Assembly (NCBI GenBank): GCA_030390025.1
Contig: CM059432.1
Span: forward strand, 72,976,001-73,040,000
Reading direction: 5' to 3'
DNA length: 64,000 nt
Origin: Squalus acanthias
Lineage: Eukaryota
Each line of letters starts with the position of its first letter. Within the stretch, counting starts at the first letter, position 1. Below the pieces are notes generated by a model that saw only the letters and a list, made by a program, of their open reading frames with translations, ran no database searches and was not told the DNA's origin. This document shows positions 10,942 through 22,868 of this stretch, piece after piece. The position numbers and the translations under genes are program-made.

Positions 10942-13803
10942 ATGGTCACAGTAAATAATAATTCAGATAGGTCTGAGAGCGTTAAAAAAACAAGCCTGAA
11001 GGCTTTGTGTCTTAATGCAAGGAGCATTCGGAACAAGGTGGATGAATTAGCTGCGCAAATAGAGGTAAATGAATACGATTTGATTGGGATTACAGAAACA
11101 TGGCTCCAGGGTGGCCAAGGCTGGGAACTCAACATCCAGGGGTATTCAATATTTAGGAAAGATAGGCAAAAAAGAAAGGGAGGTGGGGTAGCATTGCTGG
11201 TTAAAGAGGGGATTAACACAATTGAAAGGAAGGATATTAGCTCTGATGATGCGGAATCTGTATGGGTAGAACTGAGAAATAACAAGGGGCAGAAAACATT
11301 AGTGGGAGTGGTATATAGACCTCCAAACAGTAATATGGAAGTTGGGGACGGCATTAAAAGGGAAATTAGAGAAGCATGCAGTAAGGGCACAGCAGTCATC
11401 ATGGGTGACTTTAATTTACATATAGATTGGGCTAACCAAATTAGTAAAAATACTGTGGAGGAGGAATTCCTAGAATGTTTACGAGATGGTTTTCTGGAAC
11501 AATATGTCGAGGAACCAACCAGAGATCAGGCCATCTTAGACTGGGTATTATGCAACGAGAAAGGATTAATTAGCAATCTTGTTGTACGAGGCCCCTTGGG
11601 TCAGAGTGATCATAATATAATAGAATTCTTCATTAGGATGGAGAGTGAAGTAGTTGAATCAGAGACTAGGGTCCTGAATTTAAATAAAGGAAACTACGAT
11701 GGTATGAGGCGCGAATTGGGTAGGATTGATTGGGGAATGTCACTCAAGGGGTTGACGGTGGATAGGCAATGGCAAACATTCAAAGACTGCATGGATGAAC
11801 TACAGAATTTGTACATCCCAGTGTGGCATAAGAATAAAACAAAAAGGGTGACTCAACCGTGGCTAACAAGGGAAATTAGGGATAGCATAAGATCCAAGGA
11901 GAGGGCATATAAATTGGCCAGAAAAAGCGGTAGCCCTGAGGATTGGGAGCAGTTTAGGATTCAACAAAGGAGGACAAAGGGATTAATTAAGAAGGGGAAA
12001 ATAGAATATGAAAGTAAGCTTGCTGGGAACATAAAAACTGACTGTAAGAGCTTTTATAGATATGTGAAGAGAAAAAGATTAGTGAAATCAAGTGTAGGTC
12101 CCTTGCAGTCAGAAGCGGGGGAAGTTATAATGGGGAACAAAGAAATGGCAGCCCAATTAAATGCATATTTTGGTTCTGTCTTCACAAAGGAGGACACAAA
12201 TAACCTCCCAGAGATGTTGGAGAACATACGGTCTGATGAAAGGGAGGAACTGAAAGAAATCAGTATTTGCAGGGAAATGGTGTTAGGGAAATTGACGGTA
12301 TTGAAGGCCGATAAATCCCCAGGGCCTGATAATCTACATCCTAGGGTACTTAAGGAAGTGGCCCTAGAAATAGTAGATGCATTGCTGATCATCTTCCAAC
12401 ATTCGATGGAATCTGGAACTGTACCCATGGATTGGAGGGTAGCTAATGTTACCCCACTATTCAAAAAGGGTGGTAGAGAGAAAGCGGGGAATTACAGACC
12501 GGTAAGCCTGACATCGGTAGTGGGGAAAATGCTAGAGTCCATTATAAAGGATGTAATAGCTGAGCATTTGAAAAACAGTGACAGGATCGGACAAAGTCAA
12601 CATGGTTTTACAAAAGGTAAATCGTGCTTGACTAATCTACTGGAATTTTTTGAGGATGTAACTGGGAAAATAGATAAGGGAGAACCAGTAGATATGGTGT
12701 ATTTGGACTTTCAAAAGGCTTTCGATAAGGTCCCGCATAAGAGATTAGCGGGTAAAGTTAAGGCACATGGGATTGGGGGCAAGGTATTGACTTGGATAGA
12801 GAACTGGTTGGCGGACAGAAAGCAGAGAGTAGGAATTAATGGGTCTTTTTCCGAGTGGCAAGCAGTGACTAGTGGGGTACCGCAGGGATCGGTCCTTGGA
12901 CCCCAGCTATTCACAATATACATTAATGATCTAGATAAGGGAATTAAATGTAATATCTCCAAGTTTGCAGATGACACAAAGCTGGGTGGGAGTGTGTGCA
13001 GCGAGGAGGATAGCGAGAAACTCCAGGATGATCTGGACAGGTTGGGTGAGTGGGCAGAAGCGTGGCAGATGCAATATAACGTGGATAAGCGCGAGGTTAT
13101 CCACTTTGGTGTCAAAAACAGAAAGGCAGACTATTATCTGAATGGCAATAGATTGGGAGAAGGGGAAGTGCAACGAGACCTGAGTGTCCTTGTGCACCAG
13201 TCGCTGAAAGTAAGCATGCAGGTGCAGCAGGCGGTGAAGAAGGCAAATGGTATGTTGGCCTTCATAGCGAAAGGGTTTGAGTATAGGAACAGGGATGTCC
13301 TGCTGCAGTTGTACAGGGCCTTGGTGAGACCACACCTTGAGTACTGTGTGCAGTTTTGGTCGCCTTATCTGAGGAAGGATGTTCTTTCCATGGAAGGAGT
13401 TCAGCGAAGATTCACAAGGCTGATACCTGGGATGGCAGGAATGACATATGAGGAGAGATTGGGTCGATTGAGCTTCTACTCACTGGAGTATAGAAGAATG
13501 AGAGGGGATCTCATCGAAACATATAAAATTCTGACAGGTCTGGACAAACTAGATGCAGGAAGAATGTTCCCGATGGTCGGAGAGTCCAGAACCAGGGGTC
13601 ATAATCTACGGATAACGGGTAAACCATTTAGGACAGAAATGAGGAAGAATTTCTTCACCCAGAGAGTGGTGAACCTGTGGAATTCTCTACCACAGAAGGT
13701 AGTTGAGGCGAAGTCATTAAATATATTCAAGGATGAGTTAGATATATTTCTTAAAGCTAAAGGTATCAAGGGATATGGGGAGAAGGCAGGTACAGGGTAC
13801 TGA
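10942..13803 (+). CDS. CR1 ORF2: APE endonuclease plus reverse transcriptase, uninterrupted 953 aa
   Basis: LNARSIRNK, IGITETW, VVYRPP, MGDFN, SDH (EN); NYRPVSLTS, YLDFQKAFDKVPH, GVPQGSVLGP, KFADD (RT). Confidence 0.95.
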   Translation: MVTVNNNSDRSESVKKTSLKALCLNARSIRNKVDELAAQIEVNEYDLIGITETWLQGGQGWELNIQGYSIFRKDRQKRKGGGVALLVKEGINTIERKDISSDDAESVWVELRNNKGQKTLVGVVYRPPNSNMEVGDGIKREIREACSKGTAVIMGDFNLHIDWANQISKNTVEEEFLECLRDGFLEQYVEEPTRDQAILDWVLCNEKGLISNLVVRGPLGQSDHNIIEFFIRMESEVVESETRVLNLNKGNYDGMRRELGRIDWGMSLKGLTVDRQWQTFKDCMDELQNLYIPVWHKNKTKRVTQPWLTREIRDSIRSKERAYKLARKSGSPEDWEQFRIQQRRTKGLIKKGKIEYESKLAGNIKTDCKSFYRYVKRKRLVKSSVGPLQSEAGEVIMGNKEMAAQLNAYFGSVFTKEDTNNLPEMLENIRSDEREELKEISICREMVLGKLTVLKADKSPGPDNLHPRVLKEVALEIVDALLIIFQHSMESGTVPMDWRVANVTPLFKKGGREKAGNYRPVSLTSVVGKMLESIIKDVIAEHLKNSDRIGQSQHGFTKGKSCLTNLLEFFEDVTGKIDKGEPVDMVYLDFQKAFDKVPHKRLAGKVKAHGIGGKVLTWIENWLADRKQRVGINGSFSEWQAVTSGVPQGSVLGPQLFTIYINDLDKGIKCNISKFADDTKLGGSVCSEEDSEKLQDDLDRLGEWAEAWQMQYNVDKREVIHFGVKNRKADYYLNGNRLGEGEVQRDLSVLVHQSLKVSMQVQQAVKKANGMLAFIAKGFEYRNRDVLLQLYRALVRPHLEYCVQFWSPYLRKDVLSMEGVQRRFTRLIPGMAGMTYEERLGRLSFYSLEYRRMRGDLIETYKILTGLDKLDAGRMFPMVGESRTRGHNLRITGKPFRTEMRKNFFTQRVVNLWNSLPQKVVEAKSLNIFKDELDIFLKAKGIKGYGEKAGTGY

Positions 13804-14299
13804 GTTTAGATGATCAGCCATGATCTCATCGAATGGCGGAGCAGGCTCGAGGGGCCGAATGGCCTACTCCTGCTCCTATCTTCTATGTTTCTATGTTAGT
13901 GAGTGTCGTGCAATCTGTTTGGGTGATGTGGCTGTCATGGTTGAATAGCTGGCAGTGTGTGCAAGGGTGAGGTGAAGCATATGAATGTTAGGTATGAGTC
14001 CTGATTGATAGAGATTGTTGGTAGGTGAGCGATGGAGGTGTATTGAATTGAGCAGCGGCTGAGTTGCTAGGATATGGATTTTGGGGCCCTTGCTGATGAG
14101 TGCAGCTAATGAACAGCGCGGTTAGCGATGGCTGCACGCAAAAATCATTGTAATGAGCAGGCAGCACGAAATGAGCGTGCTGCCTGCATTTCAATCAACG
14201 GACACGGGTTAATTGCGCATCGCAATACCGTGCCTGTTTTCGGGGGCTATTCAATTTAGCCACCTTCAACTTTCAGCAAAGCCTTCCTTGTACAGTATT

Positions 14300-16742
14300 T
14301 GGAAATGGGATTGAAACTCCCATCTGTAATTTGATTTCGACCTCAACATTTTAAACTGAGGTTCAAACTTTTTTCAAAGATTTACATTTAGATTCAGGAG
14401 CTGAGAAAGGACCCGTGAGGTTTTGCCCATTCACCATCACCAAAAACCAGTACGTTTGGCACGTAGCCCTTGTAACCAATTTGTGTGTTGTTCACAAAGA
14501 TAACTCCTGTACATTAGTATTCAGGGCCTCTCTGTTTTATATTCTATTGATACCCCTGAAATATAATCAGATATCAGCATTTTCCACCACAGATTAAAGA
14601 ATTGCACTGGTGCATTATTCCACTGAGGTGAAGCAGTAACTGAACGGTATCTGTGGATTGGGCTAAAAGTCCCACTAGTACTGTGAAACATGGGTAGGTT
14701 TCAATAAAGGCCTGTTACCACTGTATTCCACTCATGGCATTTAGGTCCTAGAGATATTTCTTAGTATAATATTTTGTGTTTCATCCAGATGATGAAAAGT
14801 GGCAAGAAGAAAATCTAACTCTTTTAGGCTGTAGCACTGAGGACCATTTGTACTCAGCATATTGAACATTACGTTCAAGGTCATCAGCAACATTTTTTTG
14901 TAAACGTATCCAAAGCAAGAAAGATTGTTCAAATAAAGGACAACTGTATTCATCTAAACTGCAGCTTAATTGGAAATGTTATAAAAGGACACATCTGTAG
15001 ATCTACTGGTATTTCTCTGTCCTCACTTAGTCCATCATTTTACATTTTGAAACTGCTAGTCAGAGACATCTCGGAGCAGATATTTTATGCAGAAGGATCC
15101 TTGGTGGTAAAATCATGGAATTCTCTTCCAGTGATATCATGAACAGGGAGTGGAAAGCACCACTCAGAGGACAATGGGCTATAACATTCTGCTACTGGAG
15201 AGGAAGCTGTGTAACTGCAAGGAAACTTTTTACACAAAATGCCTGTGCCAAGTCTGCCTCCTACAAGCTGTTTTATAGAATAAAATACAGTCGTTCAGGA
15301 GCCAACTTCTGAAAAGTAGCCAAATAAATAAAATCATAGCACAACCATTTGTACAATAGGCCTAAAATGTTTCTTAGATTTTCTTTGTCATATATGTCTC
15401 AAACTTTTTCTGTAACTTCCGATTTGTCTGTTCTAAGTTCCATGATTTTTGAACACCAGAGGCCTGAAAATGTACAGATATCAGAATTATGTGATAAGGT
15501 TCACCTTTTGAACATTAAAGAATATACACAATAAGTTTCAAAACTCAAATTCTTTTATGGGGAAAAAAATCAATACTTTTAATATGTAAAATAAAGAGTG
15601 AATATATTTGGAAAAGAACGATGTGCAAATAAATACTAGAAACCTTTGATAATTTTTCTGCAAAGAAGAAATCCAGATTTGGGTTCCTTTTTTTTATTAT
15701 TACTGAAGAAACTAAATCAAAATAGTAAGCATAATCACACAAATTGAGACTGGTTGTGCCAGCAAAGTTAAATGGCACCTGAAATATTTTTCAATGCTTA
15801 CAAAATTACTTACAAACAACTCTATTTATTATTTCATAAATAGGCGCAACAGTTTCCATTAAAAAAGATTAAATATAGACATACAGTATGAAGAAACAAT
15901 TATATATAGCCATATGTCAAGGTTATAACTTAGCTGTCTCCAATCAGTTGCTGCATCTAATAAACACCAGAGAAGCATTTGGCAGTTTTTTTTTTTGCTT
16001 TTTTTTGTTACACAAAAGTATAGAGTGACATAATTACTAACCATTACACCATAGAAGATACAAAAACATCTATGTAGTACAAAATAAATGCGTTTTGCTT
16101 TTTAACACTTAAAAACTGTTCATGCTATTCTATGAGACAATTTGGGGTTGCTTAATAAAATTGTTGGAAGCAATTTTGCAAATATATAACTATGAAACCA
16201 TTTTCTTACAAATTAAGCAAAAAATACTAATCTTGCCAATCTGGTCCCATTTAAATGATATAATCTCACTGGACAGAGCCAGTATAAAGTTATGTTTTAG
16301 CTAGGAAAACCTTTTATCATTTTATACTCTAAGAGAGTGCAACACAGACCCTATTTACAAACTTGCTATGAGTGCTATATCCATCAGTCAATGTTTTCAC
16401 TGGTTAACTATCAACAACTGATGGAAGATCTAGGATTATGTTCCTAGAATGACATAAAATTGCTAAGGCAGTTCACTACAGCAGCACTCCACAGCAAAAC
16501 CAACAGTAAGCAAAATGATCCAAGTTTCCTTCAGAAATGAAGAGGGACATTTGTCCAATAATAATCTTCGATGGAAAGAAGCAAAATGATGTCTCGTAAA
16601 TTGGGCAATCCCACAAGCTTAAGTGCAAGCTTAAAGATCTAAGTGCTTAGCGACTTGTTCTCTAAAAGGACATAGAACTGCCTTGATGCAATCCATGTTT
16701 GAAGACTACCCTGCAGTCATCATAGGAAAGAATGTCATATTC
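14300..16742 (-). other. TOX: Probable TOX 3'UTR (true end uncertain)
   Basis: AT-rich region directly after the stop with no recognisable TE. Candidate AATAAA signals on the minus strand near 15695 and 15825. The poly(A) site cannot be fixed from sequence alone. Confidence 0.55.
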
Positions 16743-16779
16743 TCAGGTGAGGTACAGTGTTTTATCCCTCTGCAAACTG
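16743..16779 (-). CDS. TOX: TOX last coding exon (exon 9 equivalent) with stop codon
   Basis: ctacag acceptor, then C|AGT TTG CAG AGG GAT AAA ACA CTG TAC CTC ACC TGA = SLQRDKTLYLT*. The phase completes the preceding exon. The QRDKxLYLT end points to TOX (TOX1) rather than TOX2/3/4. Confidence 0.93.
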
Positions 16780-16846
16780 CTGTAGAGAAAAAATGAGAAT
16801 TGTTAATTTTGCAAGAAATAAATGGAGGTATAAAAATTAAAACTTA

Positions 16847-17242
16847 ATACAAAAGCAAAATACTGCGGATGCTCTAAATGTGAAATAAAAACAGAAAATG
16901 CTGGAAATACTCAGCAGGTCAGGCAGCATCTGTGGAGGGAGAAACAATATTCCCTGTAATTCTTTTTGGGCTGCGCTGCCCATTCAAACTTCTGTGCATG
17001 TGCCGTTTTTCCATTGAGAAACCAGCAAGCAGCCTGCACGGGAGCTTCAGACAGCTGTGCTGCCACACGGCCGTGCAGCTAAACGGGAACATTGGAAACA
17101 GAGTTAACGATTCAGGTCGATTACCTTTGTCAGAACTCTGGTTAATGGTCATCAACCTGAAACGTTAACTCTGTTTCTCCCTCCACAGATGCTGCCTGAC
17201 CTGCTGAGTATTTCCAGCATTTTTTGTTTTTATTTTAGATTC
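16847..17242. mobile_element. Penelope-like inverted-repeat remnant (second family) in the last TOX intron
   Basis: Near-perfect inverted arms 16883-17121 (interrupted) and 17151-17235; degenerate hammerhead motif at 17102-17137. Confidence 0.75.
16945..17094. mobile_element. hAT-type MITE nested in the Penelope-like remnant
   Basis: TIR CAATATTCCC...GGGAACATTG; ends homologous (inverted) to 24147-24250. Confidence 0.75.
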
Positions 17243-18907
17243 ACTTTCTTGTGTTTACTTAAACTGAAGCCACCTTCAGGTACCATATATATTAATGTTA
17301 GCAGACTTATTACCAGGGAAAAGGCCAGTTGTTGCATAATTGCAGATTGAATGTTATTAATTCATTTTAAATCATAATACATACTGACTGGGTCATTTCC
17401 TGGTAATCAACTGTATATCACCATTGATAATCTTGAAAAACTTGGGCTAAAATAGGAGTTAGGGGACCAATTTCCAGATGCAATCTCCCATGCCCAAATT
17501 ATCCCAGAAGTGTGCTATCTGCCAGTTTGGCAGCTGGCGATTTTTGAGTGCGTTAGGCTTCCTAAATATGCTAATCAGGGGCCTAACGCCTGTTTTAAGA
17601 CTACAATAGTAAATTGAACAAAACTGGGTGAAGCATGTCAAATTTTCCAGGGCCCCGAACAGCGAACTACATCGGGATAGCCAACTGAGGTCTGTAGCTC
17701 TCCAGTATTGTGTAGATGAGGCCTAAGGCCCAATTTCCAACAAGCTTTGGGCCTTCATCTTTGGGCACGCGTTACAGGTGCACTGTCCACTTCATGCCGG
17801 ATTTTACTGTGAGACCATTTCCCAGCCATTGTCTCAAAACTACTGCAATGTGCAAAAGTAAACAAACAAATGGCTATGGTTCTTGTGGCTGGGGGTCCAA
17901 CCAGGAACCATCCGATTCAACATTCTAAATGGCGTGTGCATCTCTAGGAGTTAGCCCTTTGTAAGCTAGATCTAACCTTATAACATCGCATAACATAAAT
18001 TGATAAATAACGTAAATTAAAACAAATTCCTTTTCGATAAGGATATATAATAAAATGTTACAGGACCAAAGTCTTTTTTCAGGATTTGACTGTTTGAGAC
18101 CTCAAAATACATGGGCAGCAAAGAAGGGTAGTCATATAACAAGGAGAGGGCCACTCATTTTTATTTTTTCATTATGGATCTCTCCTCTGTTCGAAACGGA
18201 CACTCTGCATCTGGTCAGGCACACCAGTCAGATTATAGGGAGGCCTAATTTCTATTGAAGTCAGGGCAATAATGAGCCCAGCATGCTGCGTTCTTGTTGG
18301 GTGCAAGAACACGTGCTGAGTGCATCAGGTGTGTAGTAAGTGTCAGACTCCACAGCCTATAATATGGGGTAAGTGCCCAAAGAACTGCCCCAGTATCTTC
18401 CTCTGTATTATCAGTGCTATCTGTGTCCTCTCATTATTTCTGTGTAGGATAAGCGTATAGAGTTAATAATGATACAATGTAGCAACATGGGGTAACAAGA
18501 GATGGGAAAGAGAACATAACTGTGGCCAGAGAGCAGGAAACAGCAATTGGGTACGTAGCAAATCCAAGAAGGAGGAGAAACATGGGGTAGAGGAAAGTCA
18601 TTGTCAATCTTGGGACAATGATCAGTTGGGGATAGCGGTAGTGGATTGTTTGTCTGTCATAGGTGTAGACTGTTTTGGGAATGGGCAAAAGTTAGAAGTA
18701 AGGATATGGAGAAGTTAAAGTAATCAATAATTAACAATAGTAGAATCATGAGACTGATACATCAAATCCTAATAATCAACATGCATATGGACACAAAATA
18801 TTGACATTCACTATAGTTTCATAAACCCTACACATGCATCTGTTGCATTTGCACGTTTGTCAGAGATAACAATTGCAAATTATTTTGTTATTGTGTTTAA
18901 AATATTG

Positions 18908-21817
18908 ACATTAAACATACCAGGTTATTTAACGATCAGGAAGGACAGGCAGGAAGGAAGGGGAGGTGGGGTGGCTATGTTAATAAAGGAAGGGATCACT
19001 GTAATACAGAGAAATTATATTGGGTCAAAAGATCAGGATAATGAAACAGTTTGGGTGGAGATAAGGAATAATAAGGGGAAAAAAACACTAGTGGGCGTAG
19101 TCAAAAGGCCTCCGAATAGTTGCAACTCTGTTGGATGGAGTATCAATCAGGAAATAGTTGAGGCTTGTAATAAGGGAACATCTATAATTATGGGGGATTT
19201 TAACTATCATATTAATTGGACAAATCAAATTGGGCAGGGCTGCCTTGAGGATGAGTTCATTGAGTGTATTAGGGATGGGTTTCTTGAGCAGTATGTAACT
19301 GAACCGACCAGGGGGCAAGCAACCTTAGATCTGGTCCTGTGTAACGAGACAGGATTAATTAAAAATGTCCTAGTAAAGGATCCCCTTGGAATGAGTGACC
19401 ATAACATGGTTGAATTCCATATTCAATTAGAGGGTGAGAAGGTTGGATCTCAAACAAGCGTGCTAAGCTTGAATAAAGGAGACTATGAAGGTATGCGATC
19501 GGAATTTAGTAGAGTGGATTGGGAAAATAGATTAAAGGGTAAGACGATACATGATCAGTGGTGTACATTTAAGGAGTTATTTTACAACTTCCAAAAAATA
19601 TATATTCCACTGAGAAGAAAAGGGTGTAAAAGAAAAGACAGTCATCCGTGGCTAAGTAAAGAAATTAAGGATAGTATTTGACTAAAAACAAGGGCTTATA
19701 AGGTAGCCAAATCTAGTGGGAGGATAGAGGATTGGGAAAACATTAAAAGACAGCAAAAAATAACAAAAAGATTGATTAAGAAAGGGAAGATAGATTATGA
19801 AAGTAAATGAGCAAATAATATAAAAACAGATAGTAAGAGTTTTTATAGTTATATAAAAAGAAAAAGGGTGGCTAAAGTAAATGTTGGTCCCTTAGAGGAT
19901 GAGACCGGGAAATTAATGGTGGGAAATATGGAGATGGCAAATACACTGAATGAATATTTTGTATCAGTCTTTACAGTAGAAGACACTAAGAATATCCCAA
20001 CACTGGACAAACAGGGGGCTATGGGGGAGGAGGAGCTAAACACGATCAAAATCACTAAGGAAGTGGTACTCAGTAAAATAATGGGACTCAAGGCGGATAA
20101 ATCACCTGGACCTGATGGCTTACATCCTAGGGTCTTGAGGGAAGTGGCGGTAGGGATTGTGGATGCATTGGTAATAATTTTCCAAAACTCCCTGGACTCA
20201 GCAAAGATCCCGGCAGACTGGAAAACTGCTAATGTAACACCCTTATTTAAAAAGGGCAGTAGACAGAAGGCTGGAAACTATAGACCGGTTAGCCTAACAT
20301 CTGTGGTAGGTAAAATTTTGGAGTCCATTATTAAGGAGACAGTAACGGGACATTTGGATAATCATAATTTAATAGGACAAAGTCAGCATGGTTTTATGAA
20401 GGGGAAGTCATGTTTGACAAATTTGCTGGCGTTCTTTGAGGAAGTAACAAACAGGGTGGATAAAGGGGAACCAGTGGATGTGGTGTATTTAGACTTCCAA
20501 AAGGCATTTGACAAGGTGCCACACAAAAGATTATCGCTTAAGATAAAAAATCACGGGATTGGGGGTAATATTCTGGCATGGATAGAGGATTGGCTATCTA
20601 ACAGAAGGCAGAGAGTTGGGATAAATGGTTCATTCTCAGACTGGCAATCAGTAACTAGTGGTGTTCCGCAGGGGTCAGTGCTGGGTCCCCAACTTTTTAC
20701 AATCTATATTAACGATTTGGAGGAGGGGACCGAGTGTAACATATCAAAGTCTGCAGATGATACTAAGATGGGAGGGAAAGTAGTGAGTGAGGAGGACATA
20801 AAAAATCTGCAAGGGGACATAGACAGGCTAAGTAAGTGGGCAGAGATTTGGCAGATGGAATACAACACTGGAAAGTGTGAGGTTATGCACTTTGGCAGGA
20901 AAAATAGTAGAGCAAGTTATTATCTAAATGGCAAGAAACTGGAAAGTACTGAAGTACAAAGGGATCTGGGGGTCCTGGTGCACGAAACTCAAAAGGTTAG
21001 TATGCAGGTGCAGCAAGTGATTAAGTAGGCCAATGGAATGTTGGCTTTCATTGCTAAGGGGATAGAATATAAAAATAGGGAGGTATTGCTTCAGTTGTAC
21101 AAGGTATTGGTGAGACCGCACCTGGAATACTGCATACAGTTTTGGTGTCCATACTTAAGAAAAGACATACTTGCTCTCGAGTCAGTACAAAGAAGGTTCA
21201 CTCGGTTAATCCCGGGGATGAGGGGATGGACATATGAGGAGAGGTTGGGTGGATTGGGACTCTACTCATTGGAGTTCAGAAGAATGAGAGGCGATCTTAT
21301 TGAAACATATAAGATTGTGAAGGGGTTGGATCGGGTGGATGCGGGGAGGATGTTCCCGATGATGGGTGAAACTAGAACTAGGGGGCATAGTCTTAGAATA
21401 AGGGGCTGCTCTTTCAAAACTGAGATGAGAAGGAACTACTTCACTCAGGAGGGTGGTAGGTCCATGGAATATGCTGCCCCAAAAAGCTGTAGAAGCTACA
21501 TCATTACATAAATTTAAAACAGAAATAGACAGTTTCCTAGAAGTAAAGGGAATTAAGGGTTACGGGGAACGGGCAGGAATTTGGACATGAGTCAAGGTTC
21601 GGATCGGTCATGGCCCTGTGGGTAGCGTAGCGGGCCCAGGGGCCGTGTAGCCTGATCCTGCTCCTATTTCGTGTGTCCAATTCTGTTAGATTCAGGAGAT
21701 GGTTCTGTGATAGTAGATTGGCGGTTAGGATCAGATCAGCCATGATCTTATTGAATGGCGGAGCAGGCTCGAGGGGCCAATTGGCCTACTCCTGCTCCTA
21801 TTTCTTATGTTCTTATG
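18908..21817 (+). mobile_element. CR1 LINE, most of ORF2, with stops; duplicated 3' terminal unit
   Basis: EN and RT motifs in ORFs 18857-19681, 19868-21028 and 21038-21511; SADD in place of FADD; TTCTTATG tail. Confidence 0.95.
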
Positions 21818-22024
21818 ACAATAGGCACAGAATAAATATGCTGGAAAACACGCTCAAAGAAAAAATGTGTATTAATCATATTCTTTGTCATATGAAGGAA
21901 TCATGAGGATGATTCTATGATCTGGTGCGCCCAGCAGGTGTGACGGTTGCAGGAAACAGAAAATCACATCATTCAACTCATAACATTCAAGTATTTGCAA
22001 ACTAAATGACTGAGAGTTTAAACT

Positions 22025-22669
22025 GGTAGACCCCAAAATTTCTGGAGCAGGACAGGGTGTAAGTTACTGCTGGAGGGAAAAGCCAGCATCTGACCAGAAT
22101 GTGGGTCAGATGCTGGCTTTGCCGTGATTCTGCTGATTTGGATCGAACCTTTAAATTCCAGTCGAGGACGGGTGTGGGTGGATCTTCTGTGATACGTCAA
22201 AGCAGTATGTCTAGGGGAGTTCCCGTGCTTCCCCCAGAAACGCCTCCCTTTACATCCTTAAAAGGCCTCAGCGGAACACACACCAGTTGAGATCTGGCAT
22301 AAATCTCTCTTTGAGGCATTCTAAAGGCCGCACACCTTCACTCGAGTAAGGCAATCGATCTTGGGAGAGGATTGATTTCCTTCTCTAGTTAGAGTGGCTT
22401 GAATGGGAGCAAAAGATTCTTAAATTATTTTTTTTTCTTCAGCCAATTTGGGCCCGAGGACTCTGCTCCACCGTACAAGGTCAAATATGCTTCAGCCAGG
22501 ACAGCCGCCTCTTAAGCACCCTTGCAGGCACTGGTGGCCTGACCCACCTATGCAAATGAACCTGCCCTCAGAATTTGGGATAGGGTCACTGGCTTTGACT
22601 GAGGGCCGGCGGGGGTTCCACTCCACTGAGTTATGCTTGCAGAATGGGCCCCCAGCAATTTCCAGGCCA
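22025..22669. mobile_element. Probable Harbinger-type MITE (old)
   Basis: GC-richer island bounded by ccccaaaattt...aatttccaggcc, similar to the ends of other elements in the window. Confidence 0.45.
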
Positions 22670-22868
22670 TAGAGTGTCTATGTGCTTGATATGGAAAGTA
22701 CACTTTCTCCCCTTGACAGCACACTGACTTACCTAACTCTAGAGAGCCTATGCACAAGCAGTGCCAAGGTTTAGGGACGCCAAGACTAAACAGGAATATA
22801 GCTGGAGCTTAAAAGCTAAAACTTCACATCCAACCAGCGCAAAGCACTGGTAAGCTGCTTTTTGCTTG

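Larger units (their letters stand above)
10525..13897 (+). mobile_element. Young CR1 LINE, 5'-truncated within ORF1, complete ORF2 and 3'UTR
   Basis: ORF1 C-terminus, spacer, ORF2, 3'UTR stem-loop region and TTCTATGT-type tail. Confidence 0.95.
6391..14264. mobile_element. Decayed PIF/Harbinger DNA transposon carrying about 5 kb of nested insertions
   Basis: Imperfect 13-bp TIR GGGCGTGAAATTG / CAATTTAGCCACC, TTC TSD on both sides. Transposase on +, convergent partner gene on -. Element sequence resumes at about 13900 after the nested CR1. Confidence 0.75.

Noticed and set aside
10923..13335. Antisense ORFs over CR1 ORF2 (likewise over other CR1/RTE copies)
   Set aside because: Shadow ORFs on the strand opposite a coding sequence; no independent evidence.
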